Shown here: positions 36,400 through 45,659 of the stretch, in pieces | Layout of the letters: the number at the start of each line of letters is the position of its first letter | Position numbering within the stretch: position 1 is the first letter of the stretch | Assembly (NCBI GenBank): GCA_002433235.1 | Contig: DJHS01000047.1 | Span: 1,369-65,368, forward strand | DNA length: 64,000 nucleotides | Direction: 5' to 3' | Source of the DNA: Verrucomicrobia bacterium UBA6614 | Lineage (GTDB): Bacteria; Verrucomicrobiota; Verrucomicrobiia; Limisphaerales; UBA1100 | The notes under the pieces: model-generated | Seen by the model: only the letters and a program-made list of their open reading frames with translations | The model's database searches: none | What the model was told of the DNA's origin: nothing | Position numbers and translations under genes: made by a program

Positions 36400-37740
36400 A
36401 TGAAACTAAATCTGACAATCATCACGCTGCTCCTTGCAGTGACCTTGGGGGCTACTGAAAACTGGCCCCAGTTCCGTGGGCCGGGAGCCATGGGGGTTTC
36501 TGAGAATGCGAATTTGCCGGGGGAGTGGAGCTCGTCTAAAAATGTTCTGTGGACAAGGGGATTGCCAGGGCGCGGCTGGTCATCACCCGTGGTTTGGGGC
36601 AAACGGGTGTTCGTGACCACTGTTACCACTGATGGTCAGCAGTGGGAGGCGAAGAAGGGTTTGTACTTTGGTGGCAACCGTTATCAGCCACCGACGGGAA
36701 CGCATCATTGGAAGGTCATTTGCCTGGATCTTGAGACGGGCAAGGTGATTTGGGAGCAAACACCACTTACCGGCAAGCCGCGGGGGAGTATTCATATCAA
36801 GAACAGTTACGCTTCCGAGACGCCCATTACCGACGGCGAACGCGTCTATGCGTATTTCGGTAATCACGGTTTGTTCTGCTACGACATGGCCGGCAAGCAG
36901 CTTTGGAAAAAGGAATGGCCGGCGGTGAAAACGCGCTACGGCTGGGGGCTGGCGGCGTCGCCAGTGCTGCACGACGGGCGGCTGTACATTGTAAATGACA
37001 ACGAAGAGCAGTCGTTCCTCGTGGCGCTGGACGCAAAGACCGGCAAACAAATCTGGCGCACGGCGCGAGATGATGAAAAGAGCAACTGGTCCACGCCATT
37101 CATTTGGCAGAACAAATTGCGCACGGAAATAATCACGCCTGGAACCCGAAAGAATCGCGCCTATAACCTTGAGGGTAAACTATTGTATCAATTTGGTGGT
37201 AGTTCATCGATCACCATTGCCACACCATACGCGAAGTTTGGGTTGCTGTACATCACCTCCGGCTATGTGGGCGATCGCAAGAAACCCATCTTTGCCATTC
37301 GCCCCGGTGCGAAAGGTGACATCTCACTGGAATCCGATGAGGACAGCAATGTCCACATCGCTTGGTGCCAGCGACGGGCGGGGCCTTACAATCCATCCAC
37401 CATCATCTATGGTGACCTGCTTTACGTGCTGTTCGACCGCGGTTTGGTGGCCTGCTTTGAGGCAAAGACGGGTAAACATGTTTACGGGCCGGAGCGGGTT
37501 GTGCCCCGCGGCGGCGCGTTCACCAGTTCGCCGTGGGCGTACAACCACAAAATCTTTTTCCTCGATGAAAACGCCATCACCCATGTGCTAAAGGCAGGCC
37601 GTGAATTCAAAATGTTGGGCCAAAACCGTTTGAGTGAAAATGAGGGCATTTGCATGGCCACGCCGGCGATGGCGGGTGACCACCTTCTAATCCGGACGGA
37701 TGCTCGGATTTACTGTATCCGAAAGGGGGGGGCTCGATGA
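36400..37740 (+). CDS. PQQ-like beta-propeller repeat protein, secreted (paralog)
   Basis: MKLNLTIITLLLAVTLGA + TENWPQFRGPGAMG. Confidence 0.85.
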   Translation: MKLNLTIITLLLAVTLGATENWPQFRGPGAMGVSENANLPGEWSSSKNVLWTRGLPGRGWSSPVVWGKRVFVTTVTTDGQQWEAKKGLYFGGNRYQPPTGTHHWKVICLDLETGKVIWEQTPLTGKPRGSIHIKNSYASETPITDGERVYAYFGNHGLFCYDMAGKQLWKKEWPAVKTRYGWGLAASPVLHDGRLYIVNDNEEQSFLVALDAKTGKQIWRTARDDEKSNWSTPFIWQNKLRTEIITPGTRKNRAYNLEGKLLYQFGGSSSITIATPYAKFGLLYITSGYVGDRKKPIFAIRPGAKGDISLESDEDSNVHIAWCQRRAGPYNPSTIIYGDLLYVLFDRGLVACFEAKTGKHVYGPERVVPRGGAFTSSPWAYNHKIFFLDENAITHVLKAGREFKMLGQNRLSENEGICMATPAMAGDHLLIRTDARIYCIRKGGAR

Positions 37741-37982
37741 CCGAGGGTGAGGGTATGGACGAGACAGACATGAACCTGCGGGCATACCTTGAAAGCCTCA
37801 GCGACGAGCACTTGGCCAAATACGATCTTCGCTGGACGGATGACGAGGTGAAGGTGTGGGACGACAACTTTCGATCCGATGGTGCATTAATGCTTGTCTG
37901 TTGCGAGCGTGACGTTGATATAGCGGAGTTTCGCCTGCGACTGGAAGAATACCTCGCTGAGCGCGTTACAACCGGCACTTGA
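37737..37982 (+). CDS. small acidic hypothetical protein (81 aa), translationally coupled to PQQ gene
   Basis: ATGA overlap with upstream stop; no motif; could be spurious. Confidence 0.35.
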   Translation: MTEGEGMDETDMNLRAYLESLSDEHLAKYDLRWTDDEVKVWDDNFRSDGALMLVCCERDVDIAEFRLRLEEYLAERVTTGT

Positions 37983-38018
37983 CGGCATGGGATTTGTGCC
38001 CGATGAAGGGGGCAATTC

Positions 38019-40037
38019 ATGCAGGCCCTATCCATTCTTCTTACATCGGTTTTTCTTTTAACCCTCTACAACGCGCACGCTGCATTGTTCAAAACGCGGG
38101 GTGATAAAATGTTCGCCGCGTATTTCAAGGCCGAGGCGGATCGGTTGGCAGCGGATTGTTTGAAAGACGTCAAGACGCTGGCGGATTGGAATGACCGTAA
38201 GGATCGCTATCGGCGGGAAATGCACGAGATGCTTGGGTTGGACCCCGCGCCGCCGCGAACACCATTGAAGGCGACAGTGACGGGGAAAGTGCAGCACGAG
38301 GAATTTGAGGTGTGGAACCTGCATTACCAGTCCATTCCCAAATTGTATGTCACGGCCAACCTGTACGTGCCAAAAGGACTGAAGAAACCCGCGCCGGCCA
38401 TTCTTTATGTGTGCGGGCACGGCCGTGTAAAAAAGGACGGTGTCAGCTATGGCAACAAGGTGCACTACCAGCATCATGGTGTGTGGTTTGCGCGTAACGG
38501 CTACGTTTGCCTAGTTATTGACACGCTGCAACTGGGTGAAATCGAGGGCATTCACCACGGCACTTACAACCACGGCATGTGGTGGTGGAACAGTCGTGGT
38601 TATTCGTCGGCGTCAGTGGAGGCGTGGAACTGCATCCGGGCGCTGGACTATTTGGAGACCCTCGAGTTTGTCGACAAAAACCGCTTTGGTGTCACTGGCC
38701 GCAGTGGCGGGGGAGCGTACAGTTGGTGGATTTCTGTGCTCGATGAACGCATCAAGGTGTCGGCGCCAGTGGCCGGCATCGCGGATTTGCAGAATCACGT
38801 TTACGCCGGATTTCCAAACAGCGGGCGACTGGCGCACGGAGTTGTGGAAGGCCATTGCGACTGCATGTTTCACGTGAACACATACCGCTGGGATTTCGGA
38901 CAAGTCGCCGCGTTGGTGGCCCCGCGTCCGTTGATGATACTCAACACGGATGACGATCGCATTTTTCCGCTTGATGGAGTCAGCCGTGTTTTCAACGATG
39001 TGCGCCGCATTTACGATTTACACGGCGCCCGGGACAAGCTGGGCTTGGTCATCACCCCCGGCGGCCATAAGGACACCCAGCCATTGCGGGTGCCTGCCTT
39101 TAATTGGTTCAACCGCCATCTCAAAGGCGAAGAACCGCCGATCACCATTGCCGCCGAAAAATTGTTTCAACCTGAGGAATTGAGGGTGTTCAAAAAGCTG
39201 CCTGCTGATGAGATAAACACCAAGATCCAAGACTGTTTCACACGCATTGCAACTGACAAAAGGGAGGCCAAACCTTCCATCGACTCCGTTAAATTGCTTA
39301 GGCAAAAGACTTTTCGCGGCTGGGCGGCGACCGATGTGCCCTTAAATGAAAAGCGCGTGTATCGTAAGGAGCATAAAGGCGTCATATTTGAGGCATTTGA
39401 TTTTGATAGCCAAAAGGAAATTCAACTGCGCGCATACGTCTGCTATCGCACCGGCCTCAAGCAGCCCAAGGCAATTCATCTTGAAGTGTTGCCCGAGGCG
39501 GCTTGGCGCAAGTACCTCGTGCTGGGGCGACCGATTTACGCCAGGGAATGGGCCGAGGAGTTGGCGCTAGCGGGCATTGCTGCGGATGCCCCAATCACCG
39601 CTCAGCAGAAAGCGATGCTCGAGAAAAAACTCGACCATGTGCGCAACCAACCCGAGGTGTACATCACCTTCATGCCGCGCGGCATTGGCTTGAGCGTGTT
39701 GAGTGAGGATGAGCGCCACATTACACAAGCCCGTCGGCGTTTCATGCTGCTGGGGCAGACACTGGCAGGAATGCAGGTGTACGACGTGCGCCGTGCCGTG
39801 CAACTAACGCGAGAGCTGGGACACGCCGCTCCGTTGACTGTTTGGGGTTATGGCGAAACGGCCAGTCACGTGGCGTTGGCTTCGTTATACGAAAAGGGCA
39901 TTCGCCAGATCAATCTTGCCAATTACCCGAAGAACGATAAGGAGCAGCCGGATTACCTAAACATTTCCCGGATCACCACGCCCGCTGGTGTGCTTCGTTT
40001 GGCGCGCGAAAAGGTGAAGGTGAATTTAGGCAGGTAA
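38019..40037 (+). CDS. secreted alpha/beta-hydrolase, acetyl-xylan-esterase (AXE1)/cephalosporin-C deacetylase-like
   Basis: signal peptide; GVTGRSGGG nucleophile elbow, downstream Asp/His; 672 aa. Confidence 0.75.
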   Translation: MQALSILLTSVFLLTLYNAHAALFKTRGDKMFAAYFKAEADRLAADCLKDVKTLADWNDRKDRYRREMHEMLGLDPAPPRTPLKATVTGKVQHEEFEVWNLHYQSIPKLYVTANLYVPKGLKKPAPAILYVCGHGRVKKDGVSYGNKVHYQHHGVWFARNGYVCLVIDTLQLGEIEGIHHGTYNHGMWWWNSRGYSSASVEAWNCIRALDYLETLEFVDKNRFGVTGRSGGGAYSWWISVLDERIKVSAPVAGIADLQNHVYAGFPNSGRLAHGVVEGHCDCMFHVNTYRWDFGQVAALVAPRPLMILNTDDDRIFPLDGVSRVFNDVRRIYDLHGARDKLGLVITPGGHKDTQPLRVPAFNWFNRHLKGEEPPITIAAEKLFQPEELRVFKKLPADEINTKIQDCFTRIATDKREAKPSIDSVKLLRQKTFRGWAATDVPLNEKRVYRKEHKGVIFEAFDFDSQKEIQLRAYVCYRTGLKQPKAIHLEVLPEAAWRKYLVLGRPIYAREWAEELALAGIAADAPITAQQKAMLEKKLDHVRNQPEVYITFMPRGIGLSVLSEDERHITQARRRFMLLGQTLAGMQVYDVRRAVQLTRELGHAAPLTVWGYGETASHVALASLYEKGIRQINLANYPKNDKEQPDYLNISRITTPAGVLRLAREKVKVNLGR

Positions 40038-40049
40038 CCGGATTTATCA

Positions 40050-41474
40050 TCAACGAATCGTTCCGCGGGCGGCTTTGCCGGGGAAAATGTCTTTCTGAAA
40101 ATTGCCTTCTTTCACAATTGGCACCCCGTGGACGAGCGTGTAGCGGATGCCGGTGGAGAATTGGGCAGCGTCTTTAAAGGTGGCTTGATCGATGATTTTG
40201 GCAGCGTTGAAAATGATGATGTCCGCGTCGGCGCCGACTTGCAGGCGGCCTTTCTTTTTAAATGCGGGCGCGCATTTCTCAAGGCGTTTTGCGGGCCAAA
40301 GGGCGCATTTCTTTAGGGCAAGCATCAGGGGGAGGTCCTTGTTTTCACGGACGTATTTGCCGAGAACGCGGGAGTAGCAGCCGGCGTTGCGGGGATGGCC
40401 CATGAAGCCGTCGCTGGCAATCATGGTGTGCGGGCTGGCAACAACCTGACGCACGAGGTTCTCGGGGTTGGCGTGAACGATCACCTTGCCACCTTGTTTG
40501 CGATATTTATCAAAGGTCGCCTTGGTGAGGCGTTCACCGGTGGCGACCCATTGGAGGTTGTTGTAGGTGATGCCGGCGCGATCCTGCCAGCCATCGTCAA
40601 AGATGGCGGATTTGATATCCGTCATGCCAGCTGTGTACGGGTACACTTCACAGGAAATATCGAGGCCGTTTTTGCGGGCAGCAGCAACCATTTCGATAAG
40701 GCGCGGGGTGACAAGGTTGCCGGTACTTTGGATATGCACTATGTGCCCGGGAGCCCCGCTGATAGCCGAGAGCGCGATGACTTCGTGCATGGCGGTGTGG
40801 ATGTTCAGGCCGGTGTCCGCGCCTTTGCTTCTCATGTGTACATGACATGAGGCATCGAACTGGGCGGCAATGCGAAAGATTTCTAGGGATTCCCATTGCG
40901 TGGCCTCGGGTGTGTATTGCAGGCCAAAACCGACGGCGACGGCACCCCGGCTTAGCCCGTGTTCAATTTTTCTTTTGATGGCAGCGAGTTGTTCGGGCGT
41001 TGCGCGTTGTTTGGCGCCTCGGGAATTTGCGGGTGGCAGGAATGCGGGCTTGTCGCCCATCACACTGATGCGCGTGGGGATGTGTCCGATGCTTACGCCA
41101 AAATTGATGGGGGTTTTGCCCGCGCGCAGCTTGTACCACAAGTCCACATCGGCAGTGCCTACTTCGAGCTCAAGCGCGGTGGTCACGCCATCCATGGCTT
41201 TGAACGGGTAATCCTCCGGGCCCTGACCGTGTTGGTGCAGGTCCACAAAGCCCGGGGCTACCACGAGGCCTTTGGCGTTGATGGTCGACTTGCCGTTGAG
41301 CGGGGTTTTTGAAATAGCCTTGATGGTTCCGTCGGTAATGCCGATGTGTCGAATAGCGTCGAGCTCGGTGGCGGGATCCATGACGCGTCCGCCGGTAATG
41401 ACGGTGTCGAAGGTTTCGGCGCCTGTGGTCGTGAGAGTTGCGAGGGCTAGGGTGAGGGCGAAAAGAGTTTTCAT
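40050..41474 (-). CDS. amidohydrolase, N-acyl-D-amino-acid deacylase (D-aminoacylase)-like, secreted
   Basis: signal peptide MKTLFALTLALATLTTTGA; GFVDLHQHG metal-binding motif. Confidence 0.8.
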   Translation of the reverse strand: MKTLFALTLALATLTTTGAETFDTVITGGRVMDPATELDAIRHIGITDGTIKAISKTPLNGKSTINAKGLVVAPGFVDLHQHGQGPEDYPFKAMDGVTTALELEVGTADVDLWYKLRAGKTPINFGVSIGHIPTRISVMGDKPAFLPPANSRGAKQRATPEQLAAIKRKIEHGLSRGAVAVGFGLQYTPEATQWESLEIFRIAAQFDASCHVHMRSKGADTGLNIHTAMHEVIALSAISGAPGHIVHIQSTGNLVTPRLIEMVAAARKNGLDISCEVYPYTAGMTDIKSAIFDDGWQDRAGITYNNLQWVATGERLTKATFDKYRKQGGKVIVHANPENLVRQVVASPHTMIASDGFMGHPRNAGCYSRVLGKYVRENKDLPLMLALKKCALWPAKRLEKCAPAFKKKGRLQVGADADIIIFNAAKIIDQATFKDAAQFSTGIRYTLVHGVPIVKEGNFQKDIFPGKAARGTIR

Positions 41475-41554
41475 TTTAATTTCTCACGCGGAGCCGCAGA
41501 GACGCGGAGAGTGAATAGATGGTTTCTCCGCGCCTCCGCATCTCTGCGTGCGGC

Positions 41555-42316
41555 TTATTGTTTTGCTTCTTCCAAAAAATTGGTCACGGCGGCAGTCATC
41601 ACTGCCTCGAAAGGGACGGAGATGAAGCGGGCGCCTTTGTCGCGCCATTTTTGGGCGCCTTCGCTGTTGTAAATCATGAGGCCGAGGATTTTGCCGGCGT
41701 CGAGGGTGGTGGTGGCAATTTTGTCCATGGCGGCCTGTACGTCGGGGTGGGGGATGTTGCCGGGGTGGCCGAGGGAATTGGCAAGGTCGTTGGGGCCGAT
41801 AAAGATGACATCGACATCCGGCGTTTTCACGATGGCGTCCAGGTTGGCGAGACCTTCGGTGGTTTCGATTTGCGCGATGACGAGCGTTTCTTCGTTGGCT
41901 CTTTTTACGTAATCACCAAGTGGGCCGGTACGGCCAAAATTGGCGGCGCGGATGCCGGCTAAACCGCGTTTGCCGCGAGGTTGGTATTTGATGGATTGTA
42001 CGGCGCGTTCGGCGTCGTCGTCGGTGTTGACGAATGGTATGAGAGCGCCCTGTGCGCCGGTGTCCATAAAACGCAAAATGGTGGATTGCTCATTGGTTGT
42101 GGCCCGCGCGATGGGCGTGACGCCGTGCAGTTCGCAGGCGCGGCACTGATCCTCCACGTCGCGGGGTTGCAATGTGCCGTGTTCGCCGTCCAGTACGAGA
42201 AAGTCCCAGCCGAGATAACCCTGCAGTTCGATGAGGCTGGTGTCAGGCGTCCGAAAAAACGCACCGTACACCGTTTCGCCGCTGTTCAGTTTCTGCTTGG
42301 TGGTGTTTGTTTGCAT
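41555..42316 (-). CDS. HpcH/HpaI family 2-keto-3-deoxy-acid aldolase
   Basis: ATG ~42316 (MQTNTTKQ); class II aldolase/PEP-utilising barrel pattern (GWDFLVLDGEHG, QIETTEG). Confidence 0.8.
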   Translation of the reverse strand: MQTNTTKQKLNSGETVYGAFFRTPDTSLIELQGYLGWDFLVLDGEHGTLQPRDVEDQCRACELHGVTPIARATTNEQSTILRFMDTGAQGALIPFVNTDDDAERAVQSIKYQPRGKRGLAGIRAANFGRTGPLGDYVKRANEETLVIAQIETTEGLANLDAIVKTPDVDVIFIGPNDLANSLGHPGNIPHPDVQAAMDKIATTTLDAGKILGLMIYNSEGAQKWRDKGARFISVPFEAVMTAAVTNFLEEAKQ

Positions 42317-42320
42317 TAAA

Positions 42321-43988
42321 TTAGACCATTGGAAACAGCTTGGCGGCAATTATCGTCACGATGATGCCGGTGAATCCCATGATGGTGGCCATGGGTGTGA
42401 GCGCCTTGAGAGTTTCTTTTTCGGTCATGCCGCTCATTTTGCTGATTACCCAGAAGCCACTGTCGTTCATCCACGGGAACGGTTTTGACCCGCAGCCGAT
42501 AGCCACGGCGAGGTACACGGGATGATAGCTTAATTCCGTGTCCAGCGCGATCGGACCCACAATGGCCACGGCGGTGAACATGGCGACGGTGGCAGAGCCT
42601 TGGGCCCCGCGAATGACGGCGGTGACGATGAACGCAATGGGCAAAAGCCATGGGCCGAGCGATCGGCCCTCCGTCATGCCGGAAATTTCGGGGCCGATGC
42701 CGGACTGGCGGAGCATGGCACCGAATGCGCCGCCCGCGCAGCAAATCAAAATAATGAGGCCGCCTTCCATCATCGATTGCTGCACGTGATCGGCCACGAC
42801 TTGACGGTCATTTAATCGCGTGGCGGCCAGAAGCATCGCCACGGCGGCCGCGATGGTCAGCGCGATGTTTTTGTCACCCAACAACTGTAGGGAAAGTGGC
42901 AGTGACTCGGTGGGGGCGAGACCGCTTTTGTAAATGGCCACGCCGCTAATGAGTACGACAGGCAACAAGATGGGAAGGAGCGAGGCGCCGAGCGAAGGCA
43001 GCTCGCTGATATCGCGTTCGGACAATTCTTCCAGCTTCGCCAGTTCCTCGGGAGACTCGCGCAGCGGCACCTCCATGCGCTTGTTCAGCCAGTGCGCGTA
43101 CACGAGGCCCATCGCACTGCAGCAAATGCCGATGAGCAGTCCGGTCATAATCATTGTGCCTAGGTTGACGTCCAGTTCTTCCGCCACGAATAGCGGCCCG
43201 GGCGTGGGCGGCACCAGCGAATGGGTCATTGTGCCGCCGGCCACCAGTGCCACGACGAAGAGCACGTAGTTCTTTTTTACTTTCAACCACGTGGCCTTGA
43301 CGATGGGAATGGCCAGCAGGAAGAGGCTGTCGAAAAATACCGGGATGCCCAGTAGGAACGCGCTGCCGCAAAATGCCACCGGCGCCCGCTTAAGCCCGAT
43401 GAACGAAAGAGCCCCGCGCACGATGCGTTCCGCTGCGCCACTGGCCAGCAGGCAGCGGCCGATAACGCAAGCCATCGCAATGAGGATGCCAATCTTGCCT
43501 GCTGTGGAGCCGAAGGCGTCGGTGATGCGGTTGAGGGTATTGTTTGACTGCGCGTATTTCTCTGCAGCCACTTTGGCTTTGGCTTCGTATATAGTTTGAT
43601 GAGCCAAAACGGCGGCCTTGACGTGCTTCCGAATAGTCATTTCGTCCGGCGTGGTGTCGGTGCTGTTTAGGTCTGAATAGATTTTGTGCAGCTCTCCGTC
43701 TAACTGGGTCTTTTCTTTGCTGTTGCAAAGCGTATTCGACGTGAATTTCTTCGGCGGTTTGCCCGAAGCCAGCGCCTCATAAACTGCCACCACTCCAAAT
43801 TTGGTGTCAGCGCGGATGGCGTCACCCTCATATTTGGCGGCCATTGATTGTTGAAGATAGGACGGCATCGTCAGGCCGCCTACGGCAAATGCGCCGAGAA
43901 TCAGTGAGAGAAATGGGTGCAGACGCAGCCAAAGAATGCCGCCCAGCACGATGGCCAAACCGATGGCGAGCAGCAGCAGTGGGTTCAC
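42321..43988 (-). CDS. GntP family (gluconate/sugar-acid:H+) permease with ~110-aa soluble insertion after TM1
   Basis: ITDAFGSTAGKIGILIAMACVIGRCLLASGAAERIV GntP signature; 555 aa versus ~450 typical. Confidence 0.8.
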   Translation of the reverse strand: MNPLLLLAIGLAIVLGGILWLRLHPFLSLILGAFAVGGLTMPSYLQQSMAAKYEGDAIRADTKFGVVAVYEALASGKPPKKFTSNTLCNSKEKTQLDGELHKIYSDLNSTDTTPDEMTIRKHVKAAVLAHQTIYEAKAKVAAEKYAQSNNTLNRITDAFGSTAGKIGILIAMACVIGRCLLASGAAERIVRGALSFIGLKRAPVAFCGSAFLLGIPVFFDSLFLLAIPIVKATWLKVKKNYVLFVVALVAGGTMTHSLVPPTPGPLFVAEELDVNLGTMIMTGLLIGICCSAMGLVYAHWLNKRMEVPLRESPEELAKLEELSERDISELPSLGASLLPILLPVVLISGVAIYKSGLAPTESLPLSLQLLGDKNIALTIAAAVAMLLAATRLNDRQVVADHVQQSMMEGGLIILICCAGGAFGAMLRQSGIGPEISGMTEGRSLGPWLLPIAFIVTAVIRGAQGSATVAMFTAVAIVGPIALDTELSYHPVYLAVAIGCGSKPFPWMNDSGFWVISKMSGMTEKETLKALTPMATIMGFTGIIVTIIAAKLFPMV

Positions 43989-44021
43989 GGAGAGACGGTA
44001 AATTTTCAGTTACCAATGTTC

Positions 44022-44062
44022 AATTATCAATTTGGTAGAACGAAAATTTGGCATTGATAATT
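44022..44062. promoter_or_regulatory. 10-bp inverted repeat (aattatcaat / attgataatt, 21-bp spacer) in divergent promoter region between GntP operon and PQQ paralog
   Basis: located 44-84 nt upstream of ATG 44106 and 34 nt upstream of GTG 43988. Confidence 0.3.
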
Positions 44063-44105
44063 GATCACTGAATGCGCCAGCATTCCGCATTAGTCCAATT
44101 GAGCC

Positions 44106-45656
44106 ATGAAAATACTTGTTGTCCTCACGTTTGCCTTCGTGTTTTCCACCTTCGCCGAATGGCCGCAATGGCGCGGGCCGGGCCGGAATGGGGTGGTAAC
44201 GGACAGTGTGCCGTTGTTGAAGGCGTTTCCAAAGGAGGGCCTGAAACAGCTTTGGACGAGTGAATTTATCCCGAGTGACGACGATGGTGGGCATGGAAGT
44301 GTGGTGGTGGCCAACGGGCGGGTTTATATGGCGATTGTTTGGCACGAAAACGTGCCGACGAAGACCCGGGCGATTGATGATTTGGTTTTGCGCAAATTGG
44401 GCAATCGGGGAACGAGCCAGCTAGGAGATGCGTTGGTGGCGAAGATGGAGAAGGATCGGCTGGGCCTGAGCCGACGGTTGCGCGGGGAGAAATTGCAGGC
44501 GTGGATTGATGAGTGGATTGATGCGAATTTGGACAAGGATCAAAAGCAGGTGCTGGGCAGCTGGGTGGCGAGCCGATTCAAGAAGGGGAAGGCGGCGATT
44601 GCCATCAAGGATTTGCAGAAGTTGGCGACCATGCGCGAACATCGGTTTGAGGATGATGCCGCGTTCAAAAAATGGCTGGGCGGTCAGGGCTTCAATGAAG
44701 AGACCAAGGCGCAGGTAGTTAAGGCGGTGCCGAACACGCGCAAGGTGGCCAAGGACGTGGTGGTTTGCCTCGACGCAATGACCGGCAAGACGCTTTGGAA
44801 AACGGATGCTCCGGGCGAGCCAACCGGCAGAAAAGCATCCAGCACGCCGTGTGTGGCGGATGGTAAGGTGTTCGCTTTGGGCGGCCGGCATGCGTACTGC
44901 GTGGATGCGAAGACCGGCAAAAAAGTTTGGTCTGCTGAATTGCCGAGCAAGGGTGGGGCGTCGTCGTTTCTCGTGGCTGAGGGAAAGGCGTTCATCATGG
45001 TCGGTAAACTGATTGCGTTGGATGTAAAGACGGGCGAGGTCGCTTGGGAAAGCGATGATGTGCGCGGCGGCAATTCCTCACCGGTGCTGTGGGAGAACGG
45101 CGGCAAAAAATATCTGCTCACGAACAGTAGCCGCGAGGTGTTTTGCCTGAACCCCGCCGATGGCAAGGTCTTGTGGCGCACGCCCGGCGGTGGCGATTCA
45201 ACGCCGGTGGTTTCCGGGCAGCACATGGCCGTTTACAGCCGTGACAAAAAGATTGGCTTGGCCGGTTATCACATTTCGGCAGCTGGCGCCAAATCGCTGT
45301 GGAAGATTCCATTGGATGCGCGGCGCACGCAATCCACGCCGGTGATTTATGATGGGCACGTGTTCCTTGCAGGCGGCGACACGCAGATGTGTGTGGAGAT
45401 GGATTCCGGCAAGGTGAAGTGGAAAGAGAAGCGTTCGAGTAACATTTCCTCGCCGTTCATTGCGGATGGTCGGCTGTTTGCTTTCGAGAAAAAGGGCAGC
45501 GAACTGGTCATGCTCCGCGCCGATCCGCTGGCGCATTACGAGGAAGGCAAAGCCCGCGTCCGCGCCATGTGGTGCCCGTCCCCGGTGCTCAGCCGCGGCA
45601 AGCTGTTCGTACGACAGGGGAACGGGGTGGCGTGTTTTAATTTGGCTGCGGAATAA
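44106..45656 (+). CDS. PQQ-like beta-propeller repeat protein with ~150-aa helical insertion (paralog)
   Basis: MKILVVLTFAFVFSTFA + EWPQWRGPGRNG; insertion aa ~60-215 rich in Lys/Asp. Confidence 0.8.
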   Translation: MKILVVLTFAFVFSTFAEWPQWRGPGRNGVVTDSVPLLKAFPKEGLKQLWTSEFIPSDDDGGHGSVVVANGRVYMAIVWHENVPTKTRAIDDLVLRKLGNRGTSQLGDALVAKMEKDRLGLSRRLRGEKLQAWIDEWIDANLDKDQKQVLGSWVASRFKKGKAAIAIKDLQKLATMREHRFEDDAAFKKWLGGQGFNEETKAQVVKAVPNTRKVAKDVVVCLDAMTGKTLWKTDAPGEPTGRKASSTPCVADGKVFALGGRHAYCVDAKTGKKVWSAELPSKGGASSFLVAEGKAFIMVGKLIALDVKTGEVAWESDDVRGGNSSPVLWENGGKKYLLTNSSREVFCLNPADGKVLWRTPGGGDSTPVVSGQHMAVYSRDKKIGLAGYHISAAGAKSLWKIPLDARRTQSTPVIYDGHVFLAGGDTQMCVEMDSGKVKWKEKRSSNISSPFIADGRLFAFEKKGSELVMLRADPLAHYEEGKARVRAMWCPSPVLSRGKLFVRQGNGVACFNLAAE

Positions 45657-45659
45657 TTC

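Noticed and set aside
37737-37982. 81-aa acidic ORF as a confident gene
   Set aside because: No motif and no RBS context. Kept only as a low-confidence feature because of the ATGA coupling to the PQQ gene.
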